From an uncultured Rhodospirillaceae bacterium (lineage in GTDB: Bacteria > Pseudomonadota > Alphaproteobacteria > JAEUKQ01), in the NCBI GenBank assembly GCA_964414755.1, contig CAYPXH010000002.1, positions 38,696 through 102,695 on the forward strand: a stretch of 64,000 nucleotides of DNA, written 5' to 3'. Below the pieces are notes generated by a model. The model had not been told where the DNA came from. It saw nothing but the letters and a program-made list of their open reading frames with translations, and searched no databases. Shown here in pieces: positions 41,506 to 51,748 of the stretch. Positions within the stretch are counted from its first letter, which is position 1, and each line of letters opens with the position of its first letter. A program made the position numbers and the translations under genes.

Positions 41506-43620
41506 ATGTTTAATATATTTCGTAAAGAGTTAAATTGGGGTGGAAAAAAGTTAACCCTAGAAACGGGGCGTATTGCCAGGCAGGCTGATGGAGCAGTTCT
41601 GGCAACTTATGGTGATACGGTTGTATTGTGTACCGTTTCGGCAGCAAAAGAAGTAAAACCCGAGCAAGATTTTTTTCCATTAACCGTGCATTATCAAGAG
41701 AAAAGTTTTGCAGTTGGCCGGATTCCAGGTGGTTTTTTTAAACGCGAAGGACGCCCTAGTGAGCGCGAAGTTTTGGTATCACGGTTAATTGATCGCCCAA
41801 TAAGACCTCTTTTTCCAGAGAAGTTTTTTAATGAAGTTCAGGTTATTTGCACGGTCTTAAGCCATGATTTGGAAAATGACCCAGATTTGGTTTCGATGAT
41901 TGGGGCTTCAGCAGCGTTAACAATTTCGGGTATTCCCTTTCTTGGGCCGATTGCAGCGGCACGTATTGGTTATATTGGCGGTCAGCTTGTTCTTAACCCT
42001 GGCTTATCGCAAATGTCCAAAAGTGACTTAGATTTGGTTGTGGCAGGGACTGAAGAGGGTGTTCTTATGGTTGAATCCGAAGCCAAAGAGCTTACGGAAG
42101 AAGTTATGCTTGAAGCAGTAATGTTTGGTCATCGCCATTTTCAGCCGGTTATTCAAGCTATTATTGGATTGGCTGAGCAATGTGCCAAAGATCCTTGGGA
42201 ATTACCGACGCCATCTTCGGAATTAACGTTGATGACAGACCAACTTTATCAAAAATACCACCAGCGTATTCGAGATTGCTACAAAATAGCCAACAAGCAG
42301 CAGCGTTATGCAGCTCTTGATACGTTGAAGGCTGAAATTACAGCTTCTGTTGAACAGACTAAACAGCAGCAAGCTTCCGCAATATTTAAAGAGTTGGAAT
42401 ACAAAATTGTTCGCCAAAGCGTTCTTGAAACAGGACGCCGAATTGATGGACGTGATACGGTAACTATACGACCAATCGTTTCCGAAACAAACTTTTTGTC
42501 TAAGGGGCACGGGTCAGCCTTATTTACTCGCGGTGAAACACAAGCCTTGGTGGTTGCGACTCTCGGTACGGGTGAAGACGAACAGATAGTTGACGCGTTG
42601 CAAGGAGAGTACCGGGAAAACTTTATGCTACATTATAATTTCCCACCATACTCGGTTAATGAAGTTGGTCGACTTGGCTCGCCGGGGCGGCGCGAAATTG
42701 GCCACGGTAAGCTCGCTTGGCGCGCCATTCACCCGCTTCTGCCTGCAAAAGAGTCTTTCCCCTACACCATTCGGGTTGTTTCTGAAATTACAGAATCGAA
42801 TGGATCGTCGTCGATGGCAACGGTTTGCGGAACTTCCCTGGCCTTGATGGACGCTGGTGTTCCTTTACCAAGGCCGGTTGCAGGCATTGCCATGGGTTTA
42901 ATCAAGGAACAAGAAAAGTTTGTTGTTCTTTCAGACATTCTTGGCGATGAAGATCATTTGGGTGATATGGATTTTAAGGTAGCTGGAACATCACAGGGTG
43001 TTACAGCCTTGCAGATGGATATTAAAATTACCTCAATTACTTCGGAAATTATGCGTACAGCCTTACAGCAAGCCGCAAAAGGCCGGCTACATATTTTGGC
43101 AGAAATGGCTAAAACATTGCCAATATCACGCCCTGCTGTTAGCGAAAAAGCCCCGCGGATTACAGTTATTAGTGTTCCAAAAGATAAAATACGTGAAATT
43201 ATCGGAACAGGCGGCAAAGTTATTCGTGAAATTTGTGAAGTAACCAAGGCCAAAATTGATATTGATGATGACGGAACAGTTAAGGTGGCTGCTGTTGATG
43301 CAGCTTCTTCACAGGCAGCTATTAACTGGATTCGCGGGATTGTTTCAGAACCCGAAATTGGTACTATCTATACCGGTAAAGTGGTGAAGATCATGGATTT
43401 TGGGGCTTTTGTCAATTTTCTGGGTAGTCGCGATGGTTTGGTGCATGTTAGTGAAATGGCAAATCAGCGCATTAAGCAACCAAGTGATGTTGTGGCTGTG
43501 GGTGATACCGTGCGTGTAAAAGTTTTGGGAGTTGATGATCGCGGTAAAATTAAGTTAAGCATGAAAAATATTGATCAAAAAATTGATCCTGCCTCTGAAA
43601 ACTCAAAAATGACTGTTTGA
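41506..43620 (+). CDS. pnp: Polyribonucleotide nucleotidyltransferase (PNPase)
   Basis: 704 aa. Two RNase PH domains, KH (GGKVIREI) and S1 ([13 protein letters not shown]). Confidence 0.95.
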   Translation: MFNIFRKELNWGGKKLTLETGRIARQADGAVLATYGDTVVLCTVSAAKEVKPEQDFFPLTVHYQEKSFAVGRIPGGFFKREGRPSEREVLVSRLIDRPIRPLFPEKFFNEVQVICTVLSHDLENDPDLVSMIGASAALTISGIPFLGPIAAARIGYIGGQLVLNPGLSQMSKSDLDLVVAGTEEGVLMVESEAKELTEEVMLEAVMFGHRHFQPVIQAIIGLAEQCAKDPWELPTPSSELTLMTDQLYQKYHQRIRDCYKIANKQQRYAALDTLKAEITASVEQTKQQQASAIFKELEYKIVRQSVLETGRRIDGRDTVTIRPIVSETNFLSKGHGSALFTRGETQALVVATLGTGEDEQIVDALQGEYRENFMLHYNFPPYSVNEVGRLGSPGRREIGHGKLAWRAIHPLLPAKESFPYTIRVVSEITESNGSSSMATVCGTSLALMDAGVPLPRPVAGIAMGLIKEQEKFVVLSDILGDEDHLGDMDFKVAGTSQGVTALQMDIKITSITSEIMRTALQQAAKGRLHILAEMAKTLPISRPAVSEKAPRITVISVPKDKIREIIGTGGKVIREICEVTKAKIDIDDDGTVKVAAVDAASSQAAINWIRGIVSEPEIGTIYTGKVVKIMDFGAFVNFLGSRDGLVHVSEMANQRIKQPSDVVAVGDTVRVKVLGVDDRGKIKLSMKNIDQKIDPASENSKMTV

Positions 43621-44417
43621 TGGGGTGTGAAATGCTGTTGCCATTAGTAATTGGTCATCGAGGGGCGGCAGCTGTCGCGCCTGAAAATACACTTGAAAGT
43701 ATTAGGCAGGCTTGGCTACAGGGTGTTTCTTGGGTTGAGTTTGATGTTCAGTTAACCAGGGATGACCAAGTCGTTGTTTTTCATGACGATGATTTACGTC
43801 GAACGAGTAATGGTCAAGGTGCGATTCGGAATACCGATTGGGGACGTATCCAGCTTCTGGATGCAGGGAGTTGGTTTTCAAAGGAATGGCAGGGTATTCG
43901 TGTCCCAAATCTGCAGCAAACATTTGCTTTATTGCTAGATTTAGGGCTAAACGCCAATGTTGAAATTAAGATACCGGATGCCTATATGGAAGATCAGGTA
44001 TATATTGAAAAAACTGTTTCCAAGACTATCTCTATAATTGATCAATATTGGACAAGGAATAGGCCATTGTTGATTTCAAGTTTTTCGACATCGGCTTTGC
44101 GGGTTTTGATGGAAAAAGCTCCAAAACTTCCACGTGGATTGTTACTGTGGGGTCAGCCAGATGGTTGGCTGCTACAAGCCCGATCACTTCAATGTTTAAC
44201 GATTAATATTGCTGACCAGTTTGCGTCAGCAGAGTGGGTAAAGGCTATTCGTCATGCTGGATACGAAGCTGCTGTTTATACAATAAATAATGTAAAGCGC
44301 GCGCGTGAATTAATTGAATTAGGTGTCAACGGTTTATTCAGTGATTGTCCTGCTATGGTTCTTGCGGGACTACGTGCGCGCAATTTGTCCGGCGAGACAC
44401 CAACGGGTATTAAGTAA
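43617..44417 (+). CDS. Glycerophosphodiester phosphodiesterase (GDPD family, UgpQ-like)
   Basis: 266 aa. HRG motif ([16 protein letters not shown]) and EFDVQLTRD, typical of GDPD. Confidence 0.75.
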   Translation: MMGCEMLLPLVIGHRGAAAVAPENTLESIRQAWLQGVSWVEFDVQLTRDDQVVVFHDDDLRRTSNGQGAIRNTDWGRIQLLDAGSWFSKEWQGIRVPNLQQTFALLLDLGLNANVEIKIPDAYMEDQVYIEKTVSKTISIIDQYWTRNRPLLISSFSTSALRVLMEKAPKLPRGLLLWGQPDGWLLQARSLQCLTINIADQFASAEWVKAIRHAGYEAAVYTINNVKRARELIELGVNGLFSDCPAMVLAGLRARNLSGETPTGIK

Positions 44418-44443
44418 CTTTTAAATTGTTCTGCGTAGGCTAA

Positions 44444-45868
44444 GTGTTAAAAAGAAAGGGTGTTCATTTGAAAAACTTGCAGCCAATTTTGTTATCTGGA
44501 AGGGAGGTATTACCCCTGATAGAGGGTGGCAAGGGAATTTCTGTTTCAAATGGAGAGAGTTCTGGTGCATGGGCTGCATCCGGTGGGGTTGGTACATTTT
44601 CTGGAGTCAATGCTGATTCGTACGATGATCAGGGGCGGCTAATCCCCCAAGTTTATTACGGCGAGACACGGCGCGAACGACATGAAGAACTTATTCGTTT
44701 TGCCATTAAGGGTGGAATTCATCAAGCGCGTGTAGCGCATGAATTGGCTTCTGGCCAAGGCCGGATTCACATGAACATCTTATGGGAGATGGCTGCTGCC
44801 GAGCAAATTCTAGAAGGTGTTTTGGAAGGTGCAAAAGGATTAGTTCATGGTGTAACCTGTGGCGCTGGTATGCCTTATAAGATTGCCGAAATATGTTCAA
44901 AATTTGGAGTGTATTACTATCCCATAGTCTCGTCTGCTCGTGCTTTTAGGGCGCTTTGGAAAAGGGCATATTACAAATTTGGCGAACGTCTTGGGGCCGT
45001 TGTTTATGAAGATCCATGGCTGGCAGGTGGTCATAATGGATTATCCAACAATGAAGATCCACTAAAACCTCAAGACCCTTATCCCCGTGTTCTTGAACTT
45101 CGGCGCGTCATGCGAGAGGAATGTGGTTTGTCAGATACACCGATTGTCATGGCAGGTGGGGTCTGGTATCTGCGTGAGTGGGAACATTGGATCAACAACC
45201 CCGATCTTGGTCCGATAGCTTTTCAATTTGGTACAAGACCGCTCCTTACCGTTGAAAGCCCTATATCACATGCTTGGAAGAAAAGACTTTTAAACCTTAA
45301 AAAGGGCGATGTTTTTCTTAATCGCTTTAGCCCGACAGGCTTTTATTCGTCGGCGGTTAACAATCCCTTTTTGCACGAGCTTAAGGCGAGATCCGAACGC
45401 CAAATTGCCTATACACTTGATCCAGTAGGGGAACATCAAACACAATTAGCTGTTGGAATTCGTGGTCGGATTGTATATGTCACGGCACCTGATAAGGTGC
45501 GGGCTGACAGCTGGCTCAATCAAGGGTATGACGAGATTCTGCGTACCCCTGATTCGACCCTGATTTTTGTTACTTCTGAAAAAGCTAATGAAATAAGGAC
45601 GGATCAAATTAATTGCATGGGATGTCTTAGTGCGTGTGTTTTTTCAAATTGGTCTCAGAATAAAGAAGGTACAACAGGCAAGAAGGCAGACCCACGTTCA
45701 TTCTGTATTCAAAAAACCCTGCAAACCATTAGCCATTCAAATGATACAGAAAATCAGCTCATGTTTGCTGGACATAATGCATATCGATTTGCAACCGACC
45801 CGTTCTATAAAAACGGGTTTATCCCAACGGTTCAACAATTAATTGAACGGCTTTTGACGGGTGATTAG
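44444..45868 (+). CDS. NMO/FabK-like FMN-dependent oxidoreductase (nitronate monooxygenase family), putative
   Basis: 474 aa. TIM-barrel flavoprotein-like motifs (GVTCGAGMPY, PIVMAGGV). Start uncertain (GTG 44444 or TTG 44468). Confidence 0.45.
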   Translation: MLKRKGVHLKNLQPILLSGREVLPLIEGGKGISVSNGESSGAWAASGGVGTFSGVNADSYDDQGRLIPQVYYGETRRERHEELIRFAIKGGIHQARVAHELASGQGRIHMNILWEMAAAEQILEGVLEGAKGLVHGVTCGAGMPYKIAEICSKFGVYYYPIVSSARAFRALWKRAYYKFGERLGAVVYEDPWLAGGHNGLSNNEDPLKPQDPYPRVLELRRVMREECGLSDTPIVMAGGVWYLREWEHWINNPDLGPIAFQFGTRPLLTVESPISHAWKKRLLNLKKGDVFLNRFSPTGFYSSAVNNPFLHELKARSERQIAYTLDPVGEHQTQLAVGIRGRIVYVTAPDKVRADSWLNQGYDEILRTPDSTLIFVTSEKANEIRTDQINCMGCLSACVFSNWSQNKEGTTGKKADPRSFCIQKTLQTISHSNDTENQLMFAGHNAYRFATDPFYKNGFIPTVQQLIERLLTGD

Positions 45869-45946
45869 CAAGTTAAAAACAAATAATACACAATATTCTT
45901 GCTGTGTGATAGTGAGAGGAAGAATGTTGTTTTAGTCATTTCAAAA

Positions 45947-47356
45947 CTATTGAGAAATAATGAAAATGTTTTTCTTCCATTCCTTGACTTTCAAATGATC
46001 AAAACGACTGTTTAGACAAGATGATAAAAGGGCAACCTTGTCTTTAACTTGGATTTCAGTTAAGGGAGCGAACTCGTTGAGTCGGCTTGCGGGATTGACT
46101 CGACCATTTTCTTTACGCATGCGTAAAGATGATTTTAAACGGTGTCTTAAGAAGCGTATTTTGCGGTGTAAAATGGACAAGGGAGATATCTTAGGAAATC
46201 CGTGTTCTTCAATATAGTGTTCGATTAATGAAATAACCCTTTCAGCCCCCAGTTCTGGTCCATTGAAATTAGAAACAAATTTCTTAAATAAAATTTCTCG
46301 GTATAATGAGATCCGGTCATGTTGTTCGGTTGAAACTATTGCTTGGGGGTTGTTGCTTAACACTGTTATATACTTAAATAATGCATCAGGAGTAGTTACC
46401 TGGTAACTCAGATTATTTGGTAACATGGGGTCAAAATAAGCATGTGATATTGGTCTATAACTTACTGGCTGTAGGCCTAGGATAGCAGCCTCGACTGCAG
46501 TTGTGCATCCATTATGTATGAGAGCAGAACATGCTTTAAGCCAAGGAATAACATTTCCCTCGCGAATGACAACAATATTGGGGTGTTTTTTAGCTACTGC
46601 TACCCATAAGTCATAACCCTCGGCTGGGTGTGGTCTAATAATAATTCTAAAGTTGGAGAATTTTTCTGCTAACGACGGTAAAATTTGGATGAAGTGATCT
46701 AACAGTTGGTGGCGGTAAACTGCCAAATCAGGATCATAATTCTTAAGATTGGCATCAGCTGCTATGCTCCCTAATTCTTCCGGCAATGGTAGGTGCTTAT
46801 ATAATTTATTGAAGGGATTGACCTTACCAAAATTACTATTAAAAAGAATAAAACTTCCGTACTTTTTTTTAATTGAACTGACTTCGTGGTCAAAGAAGCC
46901 ACTAAACTCTGGTCGTAAAATATCAACCCGTGGATTACCGGTTATTTCAATTTGCCCGGGATTTGGGTGAAAATATTCAAGATTTTCTTTGTTGTCTTGA
47001 CCCCAAGCAAAAATAAGTTTGAAATAAGGTAAAGTGTCTTTGTGAACACGACGCTGGCGATAAAGTTCTGGTGAGTAATAAACGAGGGCTTCTTCATCCC
47101 ATCCTGTAATAATTGGTGTTATTACCCTTTGTAGGCTAGCAACCGTTTTATGGTGGCCTTCTGTTAGAGCTTTGGATATATAGATTGTGTTGAACAAATT
47201 TCCCAAGATTTTATTTCTTAATTCTATATGTTGACCAATAAAGACCCTGAAACCACGTTCGGCAGCAATACAGGATAACAACAGTTTTGCATCAAATTCG
47301 CGCACTTGCGACTCAACGGAAACAACTAGATTACCAATGGTTGTTATTGATTTCAT
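45947..47356 (-). CDS. Capsule polysaccharide biosynthesis protein, Capsule_synth family (KpsS/KpsC/LpsZ-like beta-Kdo transferase-like), paralog 2
   Basis: 469 aa. Motifs IIIRPHPAEG and VIREGNVIPWLKACSALIHNGCTTAVEAAILGLQPV resemble E. coli KpsS (IKHHPMD, VHD...LRHAKAVVTINSTAGISALI), recalled from memory. Tandem paralog of the upstream gene. Confidence 0.5.
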   Translation of the reverse strand: MKSITTIGNLVVSVESQVREFDAKLLLSCIAAERGFRVFIGQHIELRNKILGNLFNTIYISKALTEGHHKTVASLQRVITPIITGWDEEALVYYSPELYRQRRVHKDTLPYFKLIFAWGQDNKENLEYFHPNPGQIEITGNPRVDILRPEFSGFFDHEVSSIKKKYGSFILFNSNFGKVNPFNKLYKHLPLPEELGSIAADANLKNYDPDLAVYRHQLLDHFIQILPSLAEKFSNFRIIIRPHPAEGYDLWVAVAKKHPNIVVIREGNVIPWLKACSALIHNGCTTAVEAAILGLQPVSYRPISHAYFDPMLPNNLSYQVTTPDALFKYITVLSNNPQAIVSTEQHDRISLYREILFKKFVSNFNGPELGAERVISLIEHYIEEHGFPKISPLSILHRKIRFLRHRLKSSLRMRKENGRVNPASRLNEFAPLTEIQVKDKVALLSSCLNSRFDHLKVKEWKKNIFIISQ

Positions 47357-48759
47357 TATCTATCCGTTCTCAGAGAAAGATTGAAAATATTTTCTTTGTG
47401 TAGACTAATCTCTAAAGTATCAAAGCAACCATTCAGACATCTTGATAAAAGGGCTATCTTTTTTTGGATCGTCTCAAACGAGAGGGGTGGAAAATCGTTC
47501 TTACGCATGTCATCACTGTAACGGCTATTAACATCTCTCATAGCTGCCAGTTTTTGACGCTTGCGCTTAAGATAAGCCATTCTAGCCTTTAACTTTGAAA
47601 GCCAACATGTTTTCACTTGCTTTCCATTCGCATGTCTTTGAATCTCGTCGAGAATCAATTCGCTTGACAACCTACCTCTAGGATTAGTTATATAATTATC
47701 AATTATTTCCGAAAAATCTTTTTGCGTATTATAAGGTAGGCAAGAGTTATTTTGGTTAGCGTATATCAGCGATTTTAGGGTGCTTACAAGCTCATCCGCA
47801 CTGTAAGTTGGGAGACTGAGTCGAGTTGGCAAAAACGGATCAAAGCGCTCATCAACTAAGGGGTTATAAGAGATTACTGGAACATTCATAATACGCGCCT
47901 CTATGGACGTTGTACAGCCATTATGCAAAACCAGTTTACAGGCTTTCAGCCAATTAACTATGTTACCATCGCGTACAACACAAACATTTGCACAATCTTT
48001 ACTAATCTTTATCCATGGTTCGTGACTTTCTGCTGGATGAGGACGAATAACAAAACGCTGTTTAGGAAAGTTGTTGGCAAGTTGAGGTATAATTTCTAAG
48101 AACTTTTGAAATAACGCATTCTTATAAATAGCTAAATCTGCAACGTAATTTTTTTGGTTTATTTTGGAAAGAATAACTTTTTCTCCTGGCACAGGCAATT
48201 TTTTATAGAGGGTAGCAAATGGATTAACGCTACCAAAATTACTATTGAAAAGAACAAAATCCCCATATTCTTTCTTTATATTAGAGACATCTTGTTCAAA
48301 AAATGACTCAAATTCGCTCCTCAATAGATCACCACGAGGATTACCCGTAATGTAAACAGGAACATTGGTGTCATTATCCATGTTCCAGATAGCTGCACTA
48401 TCATTCCCCCAAGCAAACAAACCATCAAAAAGAGCCATGGATGGCTTATAAATGCGGCGCTTCCTATATAATTCTTGAGAATAATATACTAAAACTTCTT
48501 CATCCCAGCCAAAAATTCTAAAACCAAAACTTTTAATAAAGCTAAGAACTTTGAAACGCTGCGGTGTTATATCTTTTGCTAAGTAAGTCCCAACTGGTAA
48601 ATTACCAATCTCTAAATGAATATCGAATTGGTTGCCCAAAAATACATTAAAACCCCTAGTGGCAGCTAGGCAGGCCAGCAAAAGTTTTGCATCTAACTCG
48701 CGGATCTGTAATTCGATCGGAATAATAAGCGATGGTTTTTGTGATTGAATTGATGTCAT
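47356..48759 (-). CDS. Capsule polysaccharide biosynthesis protein, Capsule_synth family (KpsS/KpsC-like), paralog 1
   Basis: 467 aa. Collinear similarity to 45947..47356 throughout (ELDAKLLL, GWDEE-LVYYS-ELYR-RR, LFNSNFG-VNPF, RPHPAE, HNGCTT). Stop overlaps the start of the downstream paralog (TAATGA). Confidence 0.5.
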   Translation of the reverse strand: MTSIQSQKPSLIIPIELQIRELDAKLLLACLAATRGFNVFLGNQFDIHLEIGNLPVGTYLAKDITPQRFKVLSFIKSFGFRIFGWDEEVLVYYSQELYRKRRIYKPSMALFDGLFAWGNDSAAIWNMDNDTNVPVYITGNPRGDLLRSEFESFFEQDVSNIKKEYGDFVLFNSNFGSVNPFATLYKKLPVPGEKVILSKINQKNYVADLAIYKNALFQKFLEIIPQLANNFPKQRFVIRPHPAESHEPWIKISKDCANVCVVRDGNIVNWLKACKLVLHNGCTTSIEARIMNVPVISYNPLVDERFDPFLPTRLSLPTYSADELVSTLKSLIYANQNNSCLPYNTQKDFSEIIDNYITNPRGRLSSELILDEIQRHANGKQVKTCWLSKLKARMAYLKRKRQKLAAMRDVNSRYSDDMRKNDFPPLSFETIQKKIALLSRCLNGCFDTLEISLHKENIFNLSLRTDR

Positions 48760-49158
48760 TACAATTTTTGATTTGCGCCAAAGGTTAGAAAACTTAATTT
48801 TGTACTTTATATGCTAAAACTAGATTAATATAACACAATAATCAACCCACAGCTTTGATATTAGCTAAAATAATATTAGTAAAGAACAGAGCAAACGACC
48901 AGCGATGGAAAATTTTAAAACTTTTGGCAGATATTGAAATTATTTTGTTGATCGGGATATATGCGCAGCGATTTTATTTACCAATACCAGCCAAACAACC
49001 GTTGAAAAGCTTACTCTTGAAAAATGGTGTGACTACCTTCCTAAATACTGGGTTTTGCCATATCCCAGCCGGCATAACAATTATTTGTTAAAAAAAACAG
49101 TTGTTATGAAGCAATTAATTACAGGGCTTCAAGAACGCGTTCAAGGTATAATTAGCAG

Positions 49159-49557
49159 TTAGCTAATTTCTTGATCAATTTTGTCCATATCAGCATCACT
49201 ATAACCAAAATGATGACCAATTTCATGAATCAATACATGATGAATAATCTGAGCAAGAGAATGAAAAGGTTTTTCTTGCTGCCAATATCTTATAATAGGT
49301 AGGTAATAAAGAAAAATGCGTGGGTGGTCTGACCATAACATGCCGTGATGTTGTTTAGGAATTGGTATGCCATGGTATAAACCCATTAATTGGAAGGGCG
49401 ATGTTAATCCAAGTCCCTGAAGCGTTTCTATGGTTGGGGATTCTTCCACAATAACGGCAACCCCTTTTAGCTGGTCACGAAATAATTCAGGTAAGGTATG
49501 AAGCGATTGCTCGGCCAAAATTTGGAAATCAGCAATATTTGGAATCTGTGGGAACAA
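49159..49557 (-). CDS. Zincin-like metallopeptidase-family protein (DUF1025-type, HExxH)
   Basis: 132 aa with HEIGHHFG zinc-binding motif. Confidence 0.55.
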   Translation of the reverse strand: MFPQIPNIADFQILAEQSLHTLPELFRDQLKGVAVIVEESPTIETLQGLGLTSPFQLMGLYHGIPIPKQHHGMLWSDHPRIFLYYLPIIRYWQQEKPFHSLAQIIHHVLIHEIGHHFGYSDADMDKIDQEIS

Positions 49558-49704
49558 CTGAAACCTTTTTCATTTATTTAAGTGACAATTGATAGAATTT
49601 CTCAAAGACACTTGATTCTTGTTAAGCATTAACCATATTATAGCTGTGAATACTGTTACTTTAACAGAAATAGGGATGATTTTCTAAATTAAAAGGGTGA
49701 TACT

Positions 49705-50424
49705 ATGGCTTTACAACCTAATCTAAGACGAACGACAATCAGTCGCTCTGCCGCGAATGTTGATGAAGGGCTTCGCCAATACATGTTGGGCATATACACT
49801 TATATGGGTTTTGGTGTTTTGCTGACAGGCTTAGTTTCTTATTTTATTGGCACTAATGAACAGTTACTTTTATCACTGTTTAGTTCGCAGGGAATGATGT
49901 ATCTGCTGATGTTCCTACCAGTTGGCATTGCCCTATGGTTGAATTTGGGTATTAACCGCATTAAGGCCTCAACAGCCCAGCTGCTGTTCTGGGTTTATGC
50001 AGCTTTAATTGGTGTGGCTTTGGCGCCAATTTTTGTTCTTTATACCGACACATCGATCGCTAAAGCCTTCTTTATTGCCGCTGCAATGTTTGGTGGGATG
50101 AGTCTTTACGGCTATACAACTCAAAAAGACCTATCAGGAATTGGATCCTTCCTTATTATGGGTGTTTGGGGCTTGTTGGTGGCGATGATCGTTAACATAT
50201 TCTTGCGCTCCAGCGGGTTGGATTTCTTGATTTCCATTGTTGCTGTTCTGGTTTTTACAGGCCTGACAGCTTATGAAACACAGCTGGCTAAAGCTTCTTA
50301 TCAAGAAGATGAAACTGCTGAGATTACCAAAAAGAAATCAATTATCTTCGCTTTACAGCTTTATGTTAACTTCATTAACATGTTTATTCATTTGCTGCGC
50401 TTAATGAACAGCAATCGTAATTAA
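49705..50424 (+). CDS. Bax inhibitor-1/YccA family membrane protein
   Basis: 239 aa, 7 TM. Conserved BI-1 features, including a charged C-terminus. Confidence 0.8.
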   Translation: MALQPNLRRTTISRSAANVDEGLRQYMLGIYTYMGFGVLLTGLVSYFIGTNEQLLLSLFSSQGMMYLLMFLPVGIALWLNLGINRIKASTAQLLFWVYAALIGVALAPIFVLYTDTSIAKAFFIAAAMFGGMSLYGYTTQKDLSGIGSFLIMGVWGLLVAMIVNIFLRSSGLDFLISIVAVLVFTGLTAYETQLAKASYQEDETAEITKKKSIIFALQLYVNFINMFIHLLRLMNSNRN

Positions 50425-50457
50425 ATTCTTTTAGAATTTCATAATTATTTGGCTAAT

Positions 50458-50494
50458 AAACACCCAGCTCTTTCTTTAGTGCTGGGTGTTTTTT
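50458..50494 (+). terminator. Rho-independent terminator after BI-1 gene
   Basis: CACCCAGC-tctttctttagt-GCTGGGTG followed by TTTTTT. Confidence 0.6.
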
Positions 50495-50662
50495 ATGGAC
50501 TTGTTCTTTTTATAGAATGATATAATTAAGCAAATCTAATATAGACAATAATAGTTTTGGTACATTAGGTTAATAAACTAAATCTTTTGTTACTTGTTGA
50601 TATCTAGACTATAACAAACCTAATATTCATAGAATTAAGGGTTATCAAGCAAGGGTTGTTCA

Positions 50663-51718
50663 ATGCTCAAAACAAAAAATAAGTTGCTTTTATTGGCTTT
50701 AAGCCAGTTATTGTTGACACATCAGGGAATTGCCCAGGCCCCTAATGGTGCCCAAGAGAGGCCGCCAATGCCTGTTGAGGCTGTCCAGGTTGAAGTTGGT
50801 CAAGTTGTTCTGTCAATTCCAGCCGTTGGATCTTTAAAATCGGCAGAATCCGTCACGATAAGTCCGGAAATTCCAGGCCGTTTATCAGCCGTTATTGGTA
50901 AAGAAGGACAGGCAGTGCAAGCCGGCGAGGTTCTTGTAACGCTTGATTCATCGATTTATCAGGCCGAATTGGCGCAAGCAGAAGCCAGCATAGCTTTGAG
51001 TAAGGCGAATTACCAACGAGCTGCCGAACTTTTTGAAAAACGCGTTGGAACCCAACAGGCGCGCGATGAGGCAGAAGCCCGTTTCCGAGCTGATGAAGCA
51101 GCTTTAGCCCTAGCTAAAGCACGTTTAACAAAAACAACAATCAACGCCCCCTTTAATGGTATTTTGGGATTACGGCGCGCCAGTATTGGGCAATATTTAT
51201 CCCCTGGCGAAATTGTGTTTAATCTTGAATCCATCAATCCGTTAAAAGTTGATTTTCGGATTCCTGAAATTTATCTAAGCAAAATTCGTGTTGATCAGCA
51301 AATTATCATTAAAATTGATGCGTTGCCAACAAAAGAATACTCAGGAACAGTCTATGCCATTGATCCATTAATTGATCAAAACGGTCGAAGCATTCTTATT
51401 CGCGCAACTTTGGCTAATGACAGTGGTGAGTTACGCCCCGGGTTGTTTGCACGGATAAATCTAGTCTATGAAACTCGCGCAGAAGCTTTGCTAATCCCAG
51501 AACAATCTGTATTTTTTATGGGGCAGCAAAAATTTGTATACCGTATTGTTGATGGAAAAGCATCGTTAACAGCGGTTAAGACTGGCGAGAGAAGCACTGG
51601 AAAAATCGAAATTGTTGAGGGGTTGTCTTCAGGTGATATTGTGATAACAGCCGGCATGATGAAAATATTTGATCATGCTCCAGTTGCACCATTACCACAA
51701 AATCCTCGGCCACAATAA
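50663..51718 (+). CDS. RND efflux periplasmic adaptor (membrane fusion protein)
   Basis: 351 aa with signal sequence. HlyD_D23/biotin-lipoyl-like hairpin with coiled coil. Immediately upstream of the RND pump. Confidence 0.85.
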   Translation: MLKTKNKLLLLALSQLLLTHQGIAQAPNGAQERPPMPVEAVQVEVGQVVLSIPAVGSLKSAESVTISPEIPGRLSAVIGKEGQAVQAGEVLVTLDSSIYQAELAQAEASIALSKANYQRAAELFEKRVGTQQARDEAEARFRADEAALALAKARLTKTTINAPFNGILGLRRASIGQYLSPGEIVFNLESINPLKVDFRIPEIYLSKIRVDQQIIIKIDALPTKEYSGTVYAIDPLIDQNGRSILIRATLANDSGELRPGLFARINLVYETRAEALLIPEQSVFFMGQQKFVYRIVDGKASLTAVKTGERSTGKIEIVEGLSSGDIVITAGMMKIFDHAPVAPLPQNPRPQ

Positions 51719-51748
51719 TTGTGGAAATTTGATATTAAAGAGAACAAT

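Noticed and set aside
48855-49091. 78-aa plus-strand ORF in the spacer upstream of the Capsule_synth operon
   Set aside because: AT-rich promoter region with hydrophobic low-complexity translation. No support for coding.
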